Below, piece after piece: positions 41,883 through 52,887 of a DNA stretch of 64,000 bases. The DNA comes from Thermodesulfobacteriota bacterium (lineage in GTDB: Bacteria; Desulfobacterota_D; UBA1144; Nemesobacterales; UBA2774). A program made the position numbers and the translations under genes. The notes below the pieces were generated by a model, which did no database searches, was not told the DNA's origin, and was given only the letters and a program-made list of their open reading frames with translations. The DNA is taken from contig OZ244991.1 in assembly GCA_965223335.1 (NCBI GenBank), positions 2,240,001 to 2,304,000 on the forward strand, written 5' to 3'. The stretch's first letter is position 1. The number at the start of each line of letters is the position of its first letter.

Positions 41883-42656
41883 ATGTCCAAGCTCTGCACC
41901 AATTGCCACTACATTGGTAAGTCCAAATCTCAACTAGAGACTAATTTTGTATGGCTATATGTATCTTTTTTTGTTGGAATTGTTGTTACGGTACTAGCGT
42001 TACGGTTTCCCATTCTAGGCATTGGAACCATAATAGCTGTAGGTTCTATAATCTTCTATTTATGTGAGTATTTTGAAGGGTCATCTGCATGTCCTAAATG
42101 TGACCAGATAACTCTTTACCATACCTATACAAGGCTTGCTCAAGAAATTGGAAAAATAAATAATCTCAATCTAGAATCTTCCAATAGATTACTACAGCCT
42201 ATACATAGCTTATATGATCATTTTTATTTAATTAAACAAAAGATATGTATCAAATGCCATGAAGTTAGTGCAGATGATTATGAAAGAAATTCATTTCTTC
42301 ACCTTGGTTTATTGCTATGTTCGTTTGGAGTTTTATTGCTACCACTAGGTTATTTACACCCATTATTCTTGATTGGACCTTATTGTTATTTATTTTTAGG
42401 GATAATTTTATTCATACATGGTTTCGGTGATTCCACTACCTGTTCGAGATGCTCAAGTTCAACTTTGATACATTTAGATACACCAAGAGCTAAACTTATA
42501 TTAGACACTGGAAATAATAATTTTGTGCGCACACACCCTAAATTAAAATCTTATTTAATCGATAGTGATTTCAGTTACAGCCTTATAGTTACTGCATTAT
42601 TAATAAATACATACGTATTCTACCGACTCTACATCTACTTCAGCCATATCAATTAA
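41883..42656 (+). CDS. Double CxxC-2TM-CxxC membrane protein (cassette 2a)
   Basis: CTNC..CPKC and CIKC..CSRC modules, C-terminal TM; ATG at 41883 by homology. Confidence 0.8.
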   Translation: MSKLCTNCHYIGKSKSQLETNFVWLYVSFFVGIVVTVLALRFPILGIGTIIAVGSIIFYLCEYFEGSSACPKCDQITLYHTYTRLAQEIGKINNLNLESSNRLLQPIHSLYDHFYLIKQKICIKCHEVSADDYERNSFLHLGLLLCSFGVLLLPLGYLHPLFLIGPYCYLFLGIILFIHGFGDSTTCSRCSSSTLIHLDTPRAKLILDTGNNNFVRTHPKLKSYLIDSDFSYSLIVTALLINTYVFYRLYIYFSHIN

Positions 42657-42667
42657 TTGGATATAAC

Positions 42668-43336
42668 ATGAAAACAAAGGTGTTCTGTCCACAATGCTAT
42701 TCTATCACTTATGCTATACAAAGCCCTTTTAAGAGCCTTGTTATAGCGGGTTTATCAATAGGTTTTGGTGTTATGTATTTATTATCATATCAAGAACAAA
42801 AGTCAGTATCTGATAATGCATCTTATTTGATTCTTAGTCTTGCTATATTGCTAATATTTTTCGGTGTTAAAATCATTCGTAAACGCCAGAAACCACCTGC
42901 TACATGTCCAAAATGTACATTTAGGAATACAAAGAGTCTCGGTTCCAATGAAGCACTTGCTATTATATACACCTATAATTTATCTTCGGAATTCGACAAA
43001 TCTGATCTTTGTACAAATTGCCATTATATTGGTGAGGGTATTCCTACCCAAATAAGTACCATCTTCGGCGCAATATTCTTGCTAGTATTGGGTATTGTGT
43101 ATATATCTCTTGGTGTTACAAGCGATTCAATCCGATTATATGGAGGTGCTATATTCCTACTATTCGGACTTTATTGCTTATATCCTCACATCCGCAATCG
43201 CAAAATCTGCCCCAAATGCAGCAAGAAATCGGTGATTTCTGTAGATTCAAATCTTGCCCAACAAATAATCCAAGACCATAAACTCACAATCTCAGAACCT
43301 TCCAAGGAAGAGTCGTACCCATCAGTTTCACAGTAA
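42668..43336 (+). CDS. Double CxxC-2TM-CxxC membrane protein (cassette 2b)
   Basis: CPQC..CPKC and CTNC..CPKC modules. Confidence 0.8.
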   Translation: MKTKVFCPQCYSITYAIQSPFKSLVIAGLSIGFGVMYLLSYQEQKSVSDNASYLILSLAILLIFFGVKIIRKRQKPPATCPKCTFRNTKSLGSNEALAIIYTYNLSSEFDKSDLCTNCHYIGEGIPTQISTIFGAIFLLVLGIVYISLGVTSDSIRLYGGAIFLLFGLYCLYPHIRNRKICPKCSKKSVISVDSNLAQQIIQDHKLTISEPSKEESYPSVSQ

Positions 43337-43356
43337 ACCTCAAAACAAATATATCT

Positions 43357-45315
43357 TCACTCAACCCTTATATCCTCATAGAATACCTTATCTATGCCTC
43401 CTAACCACCTATTATCACTCACTACATATGCTTCAACCATATCTATTAGCCCCATCATCTCCATCTCCTCCCACGTTACATCCACAATCTCATCACTATA
43501 ATCTGTTTTTGCCGCCACCAGGTCCGAGAACAACTTTAAAATAGAGTCCATAGTCGCATCCCAGAAATCACTCAGGCTGTCAAAGTTGCCTTTCAAGGTT
43601 TCGAATATCAGGTCCCCAAAGTTCTGGCTTATGTTCGCTACCACATTCGCCGCATATACCCCAAACTCGTCAAGTATTCCCTTTGATGCCTCTGTACCTC
43701 TCTCGACCCCTTCCGCCATCTCCTCAAATTCCTGCGAGCTTGGTAGATTGATTTCAGGGGTTAATCCAAATTTAGCTAGGGTGTTATTTACCTCTATTAA
43801 CTTATTTCCCGCCGCTTCCAGCTCCTCACTGGTCCACTCCCTCGTTGTTCGAGCTAACCCAGTTATAGCTGTTTCGTTGTCTGATATGTTGTTCGAGTTC
43901 TTAGCCAATGCCGAATTGAAATTGTTCAATGCCCCTTCTGCATTATTTACTTGTTCGGACACATTCTTAAAATTCTCTGCCGTTTCATCATTCGCTATCC
44001 CACCACCAGGGATTTCAATATTACCGGTTCGAACTTGGTCCATTATATTCAACAGGTCACGCAATCCTTCTGATACAAGTGGCAATCCCCCAGCCCCAAA
44101 TGCACGCATAGATGTATCTAGGTTCTTAATTACCGGTTGAAATTTCTCAAATTGTGCCTGCTCCTTTTGTAATGCCTCGGCAATATCTATTATTTCTCCA
44201 CTATCTGTCTCTCCTACGATGCCCTTGAATTCAATACTCAGTTGAGTGGGTGGTATTTGACCCTGTACCTCTTGAATATCTTGCAGTACCCCCAGCATTT
44301 CATCTAGCCCATCTACTACTAGGGGTAAAGCCCCGGCACCAAAAGTCCTAAAACTATCTTCATAGTTCTCGAACAGAGGTTCAAAGTTTTCAAACTGTTC
44401 AAACTGCCGTACTAATTCATTAGTAACGCTCTTTATGTCACCGCTGGTTGTCTCTCCAAATACTGCACCAATGTTTAATTCACTGTTAAAATTCTTTATA
44501 GATTCTTGGAATCTCTCCTGTTCCTCCTGAGCTTCTCTTAATTTTTCATTATATTTTTCTACTCCTTTTAAGAATGGACTATTTTCTGCTTCCTCATCCA
44601 TTATTATCGGCAGATTTAACCTCATAGCCTCCCAATTATCTATAATCGCTAAAATACCCGCTGCTATACCTGTCAAAGATAGACCAATTACAGAAAATTT
44701 CCCTACTGGGGAACTAACAAGCGCAGCTAATCCCGCTCGTAGTGCGGTTACGATTCTTCCCAAAGATGTTAGACTTGAATTTAAGGTTTTGAAGTCAAGA
44801 CTTGCTAAAAATTTAACGAGTTTGTTGAAATTTAAGATTATGTACAAAACTAAGGGATCTAAGAAATTGAGATTCTGTAATAGTTGATTAAAAAGTGGAT
44901 TTAATAAATATAATGCTCTCACTGATGCTACTACGAATTCATCAATCTGAGACCAGAAGACAAGGAGTCCTCTAGCAAATCTCTCTAATATTGGATTTGA
45001 TGTTTCTAAGATCTCAGAACCAACTAGACTAAGAAGTTGCAAGAAATCAAATAGTACATTTTGAGACTCTCTTAATGCTTCTCTCGCATGTTCAACAATT
45101 GATTCAAATACTTCATCAAAACTAGACCCACTCCTCCACAGTTCACTCATATTAGTGGAAGTGTTTTGTAATTCTTGGTTCAACTGGTTGAAAGTGCTGT
45201 TACTTCCTGCTACTTGGTTTATTGATTCAGATGCTTTATCAGCATCTACTGAAAGTTGTTTTATAGCACTAGTGTCTACCGAAAAATGTAGACTAATTTC
45301 ATTCATTTCAGGCAT
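43357..45315 (-). CDS. TMP allele C (truncated, 652 aa)
   Basis: MPEMNEISL head, unique ~160-aa segment, then near-identical to D from ALR.GLAALVSSPVGKF to FSDLVA; short KTDYSDEIVD tail. Confidence 0.8.
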   Translation of the reverse strand: MPEMNEISLHFSVDTSAIKQLSVDADKASESINQVAGSNSTFNQLNQELQNTSTNMSELWRSGSSFDEVFESIVEHAREALRESQNVLFDFLQLLSLVGSEILETSNPILERFARGLLVFWSQIDEFVVASVRALYLLNPLFNQLLQNLNFLDPLVLYIILNFNKLVKFLASLDFKTLNSSLTSLGRIVTALRAGLAALVSSPVGKFSVIGLSLTGIAAGILAIIDNWEAMRLNLPIIMDEEAENSPFLKGVEKYNEKLREAQEEQERFQESIKNFNSELNIGAVFGETTSGDIKSVTNELVRQFEQFENFEPLFENYEDSFRTFGAGALPLVVDGLDEMLGVLQDIQEVQGQIPPTQLSIEFKGIVGETDSGEIIDIAEALQKEQAQFEKFQPVIKNLDTSMRAFGAGGLPLVSEGLRDLLNIMDQVRTGNIEIPGGGIANDETAENFKNVSEQVNNAEGALNNFNSALAKNSNNISDNETAITGLARTTREWTSEELEAAGNKLIEVNNTLAKFGLTPEINLPSSQEFEEMAEGVERGTEASKGILDEFGVYAANVVANISQNFGDLIFETLKGNFDSLSDFWDATMDSILKLFSDLVAAKTDYSDEIVDVTWEEMEMMGLIDMVEAYVVSDNRWLGGIDKVFYEDIRVE

Positions 45316-45395
45316 TTACATCTCCCCTTATGAAACAATTATCTTAAAAAAAAACGCGTCTAGTTTATTATTTTCACAAAAGTTATAATTTTGTT

Positions 45396-46169
45396 ATGAA
45401 ATCACTTTGTATTAGTTGTCAGTACGTTGGAGAACCAATTGAAGAAAAAAATTGTGACCTCAAAGGGGTAATCCAATATTCAGTCTATGCAGCTATATTC
45501 ACGCTTATTGGGTTACGTTATCCTATATCCTTTGTAGGGGCATATTTTTTTGCGTTTAAAGCAATTCTTGAATTTGGCTGTTATTATGAATTTATGGATA
45601 TTTGTCCTGCGTGTAATACAGAAAACTTTCTTCCAAAATATTTTTCTCAGATACACAATAGTTTGTTAACCGACTGTGTTGTCGATAACCATATAAGACC
45701 AGAAGAACTAGACTATGGTATAATTACTTCTTTTTTAAAATATAAAGAGTTAAAGGTTTGCACTTTCTGTAGTTATCTTGGACTTAATTGGGAACAACAA
45801 AGTTTTCACATTAAAAGTGGTGTATTAATGCTTATCGGAGGCCTAGTATCCATTCCGCTAGCATACATTAGTCCATATCTTTTGTTGGGTAGTTATTTCT
45901 TTATTATCTCAGGTATTTTAACAATACTAACATCTGTTAGTGGTTCAAAGAAATGTCCAAATTGTGAATACAAATCACTTATTCCTATAGATTCTAAAGG
46001 AGCAGAATCTATTCTAGAAGAAAAGAGCATTAGATATACTCCTGACTCAAACTCATTGAATCTTCCTACAATTAGCCGATCCACTAATAACGTAATAATA
46101 GCTAGTCTGCTAGTATCAGCTACCTATCTTTACTACCGACTCTTCCTCTACTTCAATTCCCTAAATTAA
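45396..46169 (+). CDS. Double CxxC-2TM-CxxC membrane protein (cassette 3)
   Basis: MKSLCISC...CPAC; CTFC...CPNC; ends YYRLFLYFNSLN. Confidence 0.82.
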   Translation: MKSLCISCQYVGEPIEEKNCDLKGVIQYSVYAAIFTLIGLRYPISFVGAYFFAFKAILEFGCYYEFMDICPACNTENFLPKYFSQIHNSLLTDCVVDNHIRPEELDYGIITSFLKYKELKVCTFCSYLGLNWEQQSFHIKSGVLMLIGGLVSIPLAYISPYLLLGSYFFIISGILTILTSVSGSKKCPNCEYKSLIPIDSKGAESILEEKSIRYTPDSNSLNLPTISRSTNNVIIASLLVSATYLYYRLFLYFNSLN

Positions 46170-46174
46170 TCCAG

Positions 46175-46194
46175 TTATCCACATCTTTTCCACA
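46175..46194 (+). repeat. Junction 20-mer TTATCCACATCTTTTCCACA (tandem DnaA-box-like)
   Basis: Copies at 46175, 47165, 52865, 53858, 54937, 57549, 60073 (last base T), 61066. Confidence 0.9.
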
Positions 46195-46197
46195 CCT

Positions 46198-46311
46198 TTA
46201 TTCCGCAATTTCATTGACCGATTCAGATGCTTTTTCTGCGTCTTGTGATAGCTGTTTGATCTGACTTGTGTCCACAGAAAAATGAAGACTAATCTCATTC
46301 ATTTCAGGCAT
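46198..46311 (-). pseudogene. TMP stub, 37 aa (MPEMNEISLHFSVDTSQIKQLSQDAEKASESVNEIAE)
   Basis: TMP head joined to tail-end-like NEIAE*; RBS GAGGTGG retained. Confidence 0.8.
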
Positions 46312-46389
46312 TTATACCACCTCGTATAACATCGCAAATACTGATATTTGTATCTAGTTAATTAGTTTCTAAAAAGTTATAATTTAGGT

Positions 46390-47160
46390 ATGAAATCGAT
46401 TTGTATAAGTTGTAACTACATTGGTGAATCGGAAGATGTTGCCAAGTGTGATCATTTGACAATAGCACTCTATTTCCTTATTGGTGCATTGTTTGTCCCA
46501 TTCGGTTTTTATTATCCAATATTATTTATAGGAACTTATTTTTTTATCATGAAGGCAATTATTGGAATTTCATGTTGTTATGAATATATGAGTAAATGTC
46601 CAAAATGTAATATGAATAATTTTCTTCCAACAAGTTTTTTCGAACAATATGACTTATTAAACAATCATCACAGTAATAATAAATTCTCCAACGATGCGCT
46701 TGATTATAACAAGGTAGTTTCTTTTCTGAAATTCAAGCAGTTAAAAGTTTGTACATTTTGTGACTACATAGGATTAACTAGAGGACAACAAGATTTTAGT
46801 TTAATAGTGGGTGTTTTAACATTTATTTCAGGTATTTTTTTGATACCATTTGCATACAGTAGTTCATTACTATTAATTGGAAGTTATATTTTTATCGTTT
46901 TAGGTCTGTTAGCAATCTTTGCAAATATTCGTGATTCAAAGAAATGTCCCAAATGCGAAAACAAATCACTTATACCTATAGATTCTAAAGTAGCAAAGCC
47001 CATTTTAGAGAAAAAAGGTATTAAGTATAATCCTGTTGATAGACCATTTAGTATTCCCAAACTTGAATATCATTTTGCAATAAAATTGTTTTTCATCTTA
47101 ATCACAATCATAACCTACATCTACTACCGCCTGTTCCTCTACTTCAATTCCCTAAATTAA
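46390..47160 (+). CDS. Double CxxC-2TM-CxxC membrane protein (cassette 4)
   Basis: Paralog of 45396; ends YYRLFLYFNSLN. Confidence 0.82.
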   Translation: MKSICISCNYIGESEDVAKCDHLTIALYFLIGALFVPFGFYYPILFIGTYFFIMKAIIGISCCYEYMSKCPKCNMNNFLPTSFFEQYDLLNNHHSNNKFSNDALDYNKVVSFLKFKQLKVCTFCDYIGLTRGQQDFSLIVGVLTFISGIFLIPFAYSSSLLLIGSYIFIVLGLLAIFANIRDSKKCPKCENKSLIPIDSKVAKPILEKKGIKYNPVDRPFSIPKLEYHFAIKLFFILITIITYIYYRLFLYFNSLN

Positions 47161-47781
47161 TCCTTTATCCACATCTTTTCCACAGTTTTGGCACGGTGAA
47201 AAATATTCTAGAATATACTTTATATGTTATCTCTAACTAGTATAATAATATTAGATATTATGGCTCACCATGCTATTGCGTTAACAAATATTTTAACGAT
47301 ATTTACCAACTTATCCACAGTTTATCAGAATCCCACTGCATAAAATCTCACTAGTTTTATTTTTCTTTCGAATTGTAGTCAAAATTCAGCCAATTATGCC
47401 TCAAAACTACGTCCATTTTTACCCCTCATCCACTCCCATTCCCCAATATCTCGCATCAACTTCTCCTATCGGCCCTAATCTATCGTAATTACAGAATTAA
47501 CCATTATTTTTATGCCTAATAATAACGTCTCTATTCACACCCTATCCATAACTATATTATCAGGTCTTACACAATAGGGATTTATAATATGTATCCGTAT
47601 ATAAAAGGACCGCAGCCCCCGGAATTCCAGGCAAGAATCGGGGGCTGTGGCGATCACAAAACATGGGATGTCAAGCACTGTGAACGGCTCTCTATTTGTA
47701 CACTCAAGCCAAGTCACGCTTGCTAGTTAATTTATACTAACCCAATATTTGAAAGTGCGAAAGTAGCGAATTTATTTTTTT

Positions 47782-50700
47782 TTAATTTAATCTTTTATGG
47801 CTTACTTCCTGCACTGTATTCCTCAGCATTCCCACTCTCATGCTCCGTTCAATCGCCTTCTCAATCTCCCTCGGCAGCACCTTGTCCGAGCCTTTAGTGG
47901 TACTCTTTATCTCAAAATTATTAATTATTGTGATGTCCCCGCTTTCTTTCTCTCTATTACCCGCAAGTGCAGCCTGCTGCCTCGGGGTCAGCACCATCTC
48001 CCCCGCGCTCAGCCTCGCAAGCCCTGCATTTTGCATTATTCCCCCGCCGTGGAACACGGGCACATTCGTAAGCGCCCCCTTGATCTCCTTTAGCACCGTA
48101 AGCTGCGCCTGATCGATCTCGACTATCTGCTGATCGATATTAACCATCTCCTGGCTCAAGTCCGATATCCTCTGCAGCCCCTCTATCTCTGTCTTAATCC
48201 CCGCGGCCTCGAGCTCCTCCAGCTGTGCGAGTCTTTCCTCCAGTATCGCAATCGCTTCGTTACGCATAAATTCAAACAGCGCCTGCACACGCTCAGATGC
48301 CTGGAATGTAGCCTGCACGTTCTGCGATCCTATTGCCGACAGTTGTTCTCTAAGCGTCTCTATCCGCAGGTCGATGCCCTCTAGCATCACGTTTCGCTCG
48401 GCGTTTAGCCTCTCTATCTCGGCGTTTATCTCCTCCACCGACCGGCTTGCGTTCTCTGTAAATTCTGCAAGCGAGCTCAACCCGCCCGTAACCTGCTCAA
48501 ATATCGCTACAAACTCGGGGCTGTTCACGCCAAAGGCATCCCCCGCCAGGTCAAACAGCGTCTTAAACGCGTCCTCCATCCTGCGTGCCAGCTCTATCTG
48601 GCGCTCCGGGTCGTTTGTGGACGCAAGCTCCGTCTGCAGTCCCGCCAACTCCCCCTGCAGCATGTTTATCTGCTCTACCGTTGTAAACACACTCTCGGCG
48701 CTAAACACAATGCTCCGTAGTGTCTCGCGTATGCTCTCGGTCAGGCTCGCAAATTCCTCCGCCAGCCTAAGCTCCTCTTGCAGGGCCTCTAGCCTAGTAT
48801 CAAAGTTCTCTTCTATTAATTTTTTCTCGCGCTCAAGTCCCGCTATCCGGCTCTCTATCCCTCGGCGCTGCGCTTGTGCACGTGCCTCGGCGGCTGCCTG
48901 TGCCGCGGCCTGCTCCGCCTGCAACAGCCCTGTGGCCAGCGAGTTCAATTGTCCCAACAGGCCTTCACGCTCGCTCAGCGACAGACCACCGCCCTCAAGC
49001 GCACCCTGTATCGAGTCTATGGCCTGGTTCATGTACCCTGTGGTGTCCACAGCAGTACCGCCAATGCTCACAATCGTGCTGTTAAGCTGGTCCACCACAC
49101 CCAGTATGTTTATTACCGAGTCTACTATCTCTGAGCGCAGTGCGATTATGGCGTTACGAAGCTCCACAAAGTCCTGCACAGTGCTTGCATCCAGCTCAAC
49201 ATTATTAAGCAGCTCCCTAAGCCTCGCATTAAACTCTTCGAGCGAGGGCACACCATCAAATCCCAGAGTGTCTGCAAGGCTCTTTACACTGTTTATAGCA
49301 GCTGTAATGCTGTCCCCCGCGTTACCCTCTATTATGTTAAACGCGTCTACAAATGCGCTAAAGTCCTCCAGCAGCTCCTGCCCCACCTGGGCCCGCTCCT
49401 CTCTACTGCTAGTGTTTTTAAAGTCCTCTAATCTACCCGCTAAAAATTCCGAAGCCGCTTCGGGCAGCACACCAAGCGACTCAAACGCAGTCTGTAGAAA
49501 GTCGTCAATGGCAAACAAAAACTTCGCCTGCAGCTCCCCGTTTATAAACTGCTCAAATTTCTTCTTGATCTCTTTACCCTTAGCGTCAAATTCCAGGAAC
49601 CTTTCACCTTTTATTACCGTGTCTATATCAAGCTGTGTGTTTGACAACTGCTCCCTAAGCGTTTCGGCCATGTCAGACGGCAGTCTGTTTATAATCTCAA
49701 GCACGTTGTCCGCGGCCTGCTCGAGTGTCTCCTGCAGTATTTGTTTTATCTTATCGTCCCCGCCCACTCCCAGGCCCGCCTTTCTCTTTACCGATATCTG
49801 CGCAATTTCATCTACAAAGAAATCCTCATCCAAAATCTCTTTTACAAACGCCGCTCTACGCCCTGCCTCTGTTTTTATCGAGTCAAAGTCCAGATCCAGC
49901 CTCGGTTTCTTTTTAAAGAATCCTTTTAGGATCTGAAACACCGGTATCGCTATTGCTAATATTTGCCCAACCACTGGTATTGCTTTGAACACTGTACTCG
50001 CAATTCCCGCAATAGCCTTACCTATTCCCCCAAGTAGCCCTCCTTCTGCAAATAGCCCCTTAACCCCATCTATCAAATTACTCACACCGGGTATCTTGCT
50101 AATCCCTTTTCCAATATTCTTAAAACCGTCTATTATGCCGCCTAGCTGCATTTTAGTGCCGCCCTGTTGGCCACCACCTTCTGCGTTCTCTACCTTAGGT
50201 TTTATTAAATAAATAATCGGTTTTGAAAGAATTCCCGCCACCAGGTCCGAGAACGACTTTAAAATAGAGTCCATAGTCGCATCCCAAAAATCACCCAAGC
50301 TGTCAAAGTTGCCTTTTAAAGTTTCGAATATCAGGTCGCCAAAGTTCTGGCTTATGTTCGCTACCACATTCGCCGCATACACCCCAAATTCATCAAGTAT
50401 TCCTTTAGATGCCTCCGTACCTCTTTCAACTCCTTCCACCATCTCATCAAATTCCTGCCCGCTTGGCAGGTTAATTTCAGGGGTTAATCCAAACTTAGCT
50501 AGGGTGTTATTTACCTCTATTAACTTATTTCCCGCCGCTTCCAGCTCCTCACTGGTCCATTCCCTTGTTGTTCGAGCTAACCCAGTTATAGCTGTTTCGT
50601 TATCTGCTACGTTGTTTGTGTTCTTAGCCAATGCCGAATTGAAATTGTTCAATGCCCCTTCTGCATTATGTACTTGTTCGGACACATTCTTAAAATTCTC

Positions 50701-52017
50701 TGCCGTTTCATCATTCGCTATCCCCCCACCTGGGATTTCAATATTACCGGTTCGAACTTGGTCCATTATATTCAACAGGTCACGCAATCCTTCTGATACA
50801 AGTGGCAATCCCCCAGCCCCAAATGCACGCATAGATGTATCTAGGTTCTTAATTACCGGTTGAAATTTCTCAAATTGTGCCTGCTCCTTTTGTAATGCCT
50901 CGGCAATATCTATTATTTCTCCACTATCTGTCTCTCCTACAATACCCTTGAATTCAATACTCAGTTGAGTGGGTGGTATTTGACCCTGTACTTCTTGAAC
51001 ATCTTGCAGTACCCCCAGCATTTCATCTAGCCCCTCTACTACTAGGGGTAAAGCCCCGGCACCAAACGTCCTAAAACTATCTTCATAGTTCTCGAACAAA
51101 GGTTCAAAGTTTTCAAACTGTTCAAACTGCCGTACTAATTCATTAGTAACGCTCTTTATGTCACCGCTGGTTGTCTCTCCAAAAACTGCACCAATGTTTA
51201 ATTGGCTATTAAAATTCTTTATAGATTCTTGAAATCTCTCCTGTTCCTCCTGAGCTTCTCTTAATTTTTCATTATATTTTTCTACTGCTTTTAAAAAAGT
51301 GCTGTCTTCAGCTTCCTCATCCATTATTATCGGGAGATTTAATCTCATCGCTTCCCAATTATCTATAATTGCTAAAATACCCGCTGCTATACCTGTCAAA
51401 GATAGACCAATCACTGAAAATTTCCCTACTGGTGAACTAACTAGCGCAGCTAATCCCGTTCTTAGTGCTGAAACAACACCTCCAGTAGCTCTTATACCTT
51501 CTATTAGATGTGTTAAGTTAGTGCTCAAGATGATGTCAATTAATTGTGCAATTTGCTGGCGTAGTATAAAAACAATTGGACCAAATACGTTAAAATTATT
51601 TAAGATTTGATGTATTACTGGATTAAGTACATATGCTAATCTAGTTATATTAAATAAAAATTCTTCAGTCTCTTGATAGGTTCTTGTTATTTCATCAAAT
51701 ATAGCTTGTGATATTCTAGAACCGATTTCACTAAATATGAGAGCAATATCAGTAATTGAAGTTGTTGTAAAATCAAATGCTAGTTTTATAAGTTCTGCTA
51801 TTGAACTTAATGAATCAGCAAAAGATGTGCTATTGTTCGATAAGTCGTTCACGTTTTTAGCAGTACTGATCAATTCTTGATTAAGTTGATTGAACGTACT
51901 ACTACTTTCACCGACTCTATTGATAGACTCAGATGCTTTTTCTGCGTCTTCTGACAGTTTATTAATCTCGCTAGTATCTACTGAAAATTGTAGACTAATT
52001 TCATTCATCTCTGGCAT
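47782..52017 (-). CDS. Tape measure protein allele D (full-length, 1411 aa)
   Basis: C-terminal half closely similar to A; FHGGG...GLARLSAGEMVLTPRQQ TMP-end motif. Confidence 0.85.
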   Translation of the reverse strand: MPEMNEISLQFSVDTSEINKLSEDAEKASESINRVGESSSTFNQLNQELISTAKNVNDLSNNSTSFADSLSSIAELIKLAFDFTTTSITDIALIFSEIGSRISQAIFDEITRTYQETEEFLFNITRLAYVLNPVIHQILNNFNVFGPIVFILRQQIAQLIDIILSTNLTHLIEGIRATGGVVSALRTGLAALVSSPVGKFSVIGLSLTGIAAGILAIIDNWEAMRLNLPIIMDEEAEDSTFLKAVEKYNEKLREAQEEQERFQESIKNFNSQLNIGAVFGETTSGDIKSVTNELVRQFEQFENFEPLFENYEDSFRTFGAGALPLVVEGLDEMLGVLQDVQEVQGQIPPTQLSIEFKGIVGETDSGEIIDIAEALQKEQAQFEKFQPVIKNLDTSMRAFGAGGLPLVSEGLRDLLNIMDQVRTGNIEIPGGGIANDETAENFKNVSEQVHNAEGALNNFNSALAKNTNNVADNETAITGLARTTREWTSEELEAAGNKLIEVNNTLAKFGLTPEINLPSGQEFDEMVEGVERGTEASKGILDEFGVYAANVVANISQNFGDLIFETLKGNFDSLGDFWDATMDSILKSFSDLVAGILSKPIIYLIKPKVENAEGGGQQGGTKMQLGGIIDGFKNIGKGISKIPGVSNLIDGVKGLFAEGGLLGGIGKAIAGIASTVFKAIPVVGQILAIAIPVFQILKGFFKKKPRLDLDFDSIKTEAGRRAAFVKEILDEDFFVDEIAQISVKRKAGLGVGGDDKIKQILQETLEQAADNVLEIINRLPSDMAETLREQLSNTQLDIDTVIKGERFLEFDAKGKEIKKKFEQFINGELQAKFLFAIDDFLQTAFESLGVLPEAASEFLAGRLEDFKNTSSREERAQVGQELLEDFSAFVDAFNIIEGNAGDSITAAINSVKSLADTLGFDGVPSLEEFNARLRELLNNVELDASTVQDFVELRNAIIALRSEIVDSVINILGVVDQLNSTIVSIGGTAVDTTGYMNQAIDSIQGALEGGGLSLSEREGLLGQLNSLATGLLQAEQAAAQAAAEARAQAQRRGIESRIAGLEREKKLIEENFDTRLEALQEELRLAEEFASLTESIRETLRSIVFSAESVFTTVEQINMLQGELAGLQTELASTNDPERQIELARRMEDAFKTLFDLAGDAFGVNSPEFVAIFEQVTGGLSSLAEFTENASRSVEEINAEIERLNAERNVMLEGIDLRIETLREQLSAIGSQNVQATFQASERVQALFEFMRNEAIAILEERLAQLEELEAAGIKTEIEGLQRISDLSQEMVNIDQQIVEIDQAQLTVLKEIKGALTNVPVFHGGGIMQNAGLARLSAGEMVLTPRQQAALAGNREKESGDITIINNFEIKSTTKGSDKVLPREIEKAIERSMRVGMLRNTVQEVSHKRLN

Positions 52018-52095
52018 TTATACCACCTCATATAACATCACAAATCCTCATATTTGTATCTAGTTAATTAGTTTCTAAAAAGTTATAATTTAAAT

Positions 52096-52860
52096 ATGAA
52101 GTCGATATGCGTTAGCTGCAACTACATAGGTCAGTTAGAAAAGGGTAGACAGTGCGATCATCTAGCGACTGCAGTATATTTTATGATTGCAGCATTATTT
52201 GCCCTATTCGGTTATTATTATCCATTACTGTTCATTGGGACTTATTTTTTTGTCTTACGAGGCATTCTAGCAATTTCATGTTGTTATGAAAATATGAGTA
52301 AATGCCCCAAATGTAATACTAAAAATTTACTACCCTCGAATTTTCTTAATAAATATATTAGTGAGATGAAGCTAGATATGACAAATAGTAAATTTGTATC
52401 ATCAGGGCTCGATGTGAGTAGGTACTTAAAATTTAAAGAAGTAAAGATATGTACTTTTTGTAATTACATAGGTCTTACTTGGGAGCAACAAAATTTCAGC
52501 TTGGTCATGGGAGTATTATTTGTTATAGCAGGTTTACTATTTATTTCAATTGCAACGATCAACGCTTTCCTAATTATAGGTAGCTTTATATTTGTAATCA
52601 TCGGCATTTTAATAATATTAGCATCTATAAGTGATGCAAAAAAATGTCCTAAATGTGAATATAAATCACTTATTCCTATTGATTCTAGAGGCGGGAAATT
52701 TATTCTAGAAGAAAAGAGTATCAATTTTAGTACACCGATTAGGTCATCTCGTATCCCAACTATATCTTACGATAATGGCATATTTTATACTGCATTTATA
52801 TTAATATTAGCTACCTACATCTACTACCGCTTATTCCTCTACTTCAACTCCCTAAATTAA
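52096..52860 (+). CDS. Double CxxC-2TM-CxxC membrane protein (cassette 5)
   Basis: Paralog of 45396 and 46390. Confidence 0.82.
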   Translation: MKSICVSCNYIGQLEKGRQCDHLATAVYFMIAALFALFGYYYPLLFIGTYFFVLRGILAISCCYENMSKCPKCNTKNLLPSNFLNKYISEMKLDMTNSKFVSSGLDVSRYLKFKEVKICTFCNYIGLTWEQQNFSLVMGVLFVIAGLLFISIATINAFLIIGSFIFVIIGILIILASISDAKKCPKCEYKSLIPIDSRGGKFILEEKSINFSTPIRSSRIPTISYDNGIFYTAFILILATYIYYRLFLYFNSLN

Positions 52861-52887
52861 TCCTTTATCCACATCTTTTCCACAGCC

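Noticed and set aside
46175..47320. DnaA-box cluster as chromosomal oriC
   Set aside because: Boxes are spread over 15 kb at cassette junctions, with no dnaA/dnaN/gidA context.
47535..47717. 60-aa minus-strand ORF after TMP-D
   Set aside because: No RBS or recognisable motif, and it overlaps a hairpin; likely spurious.
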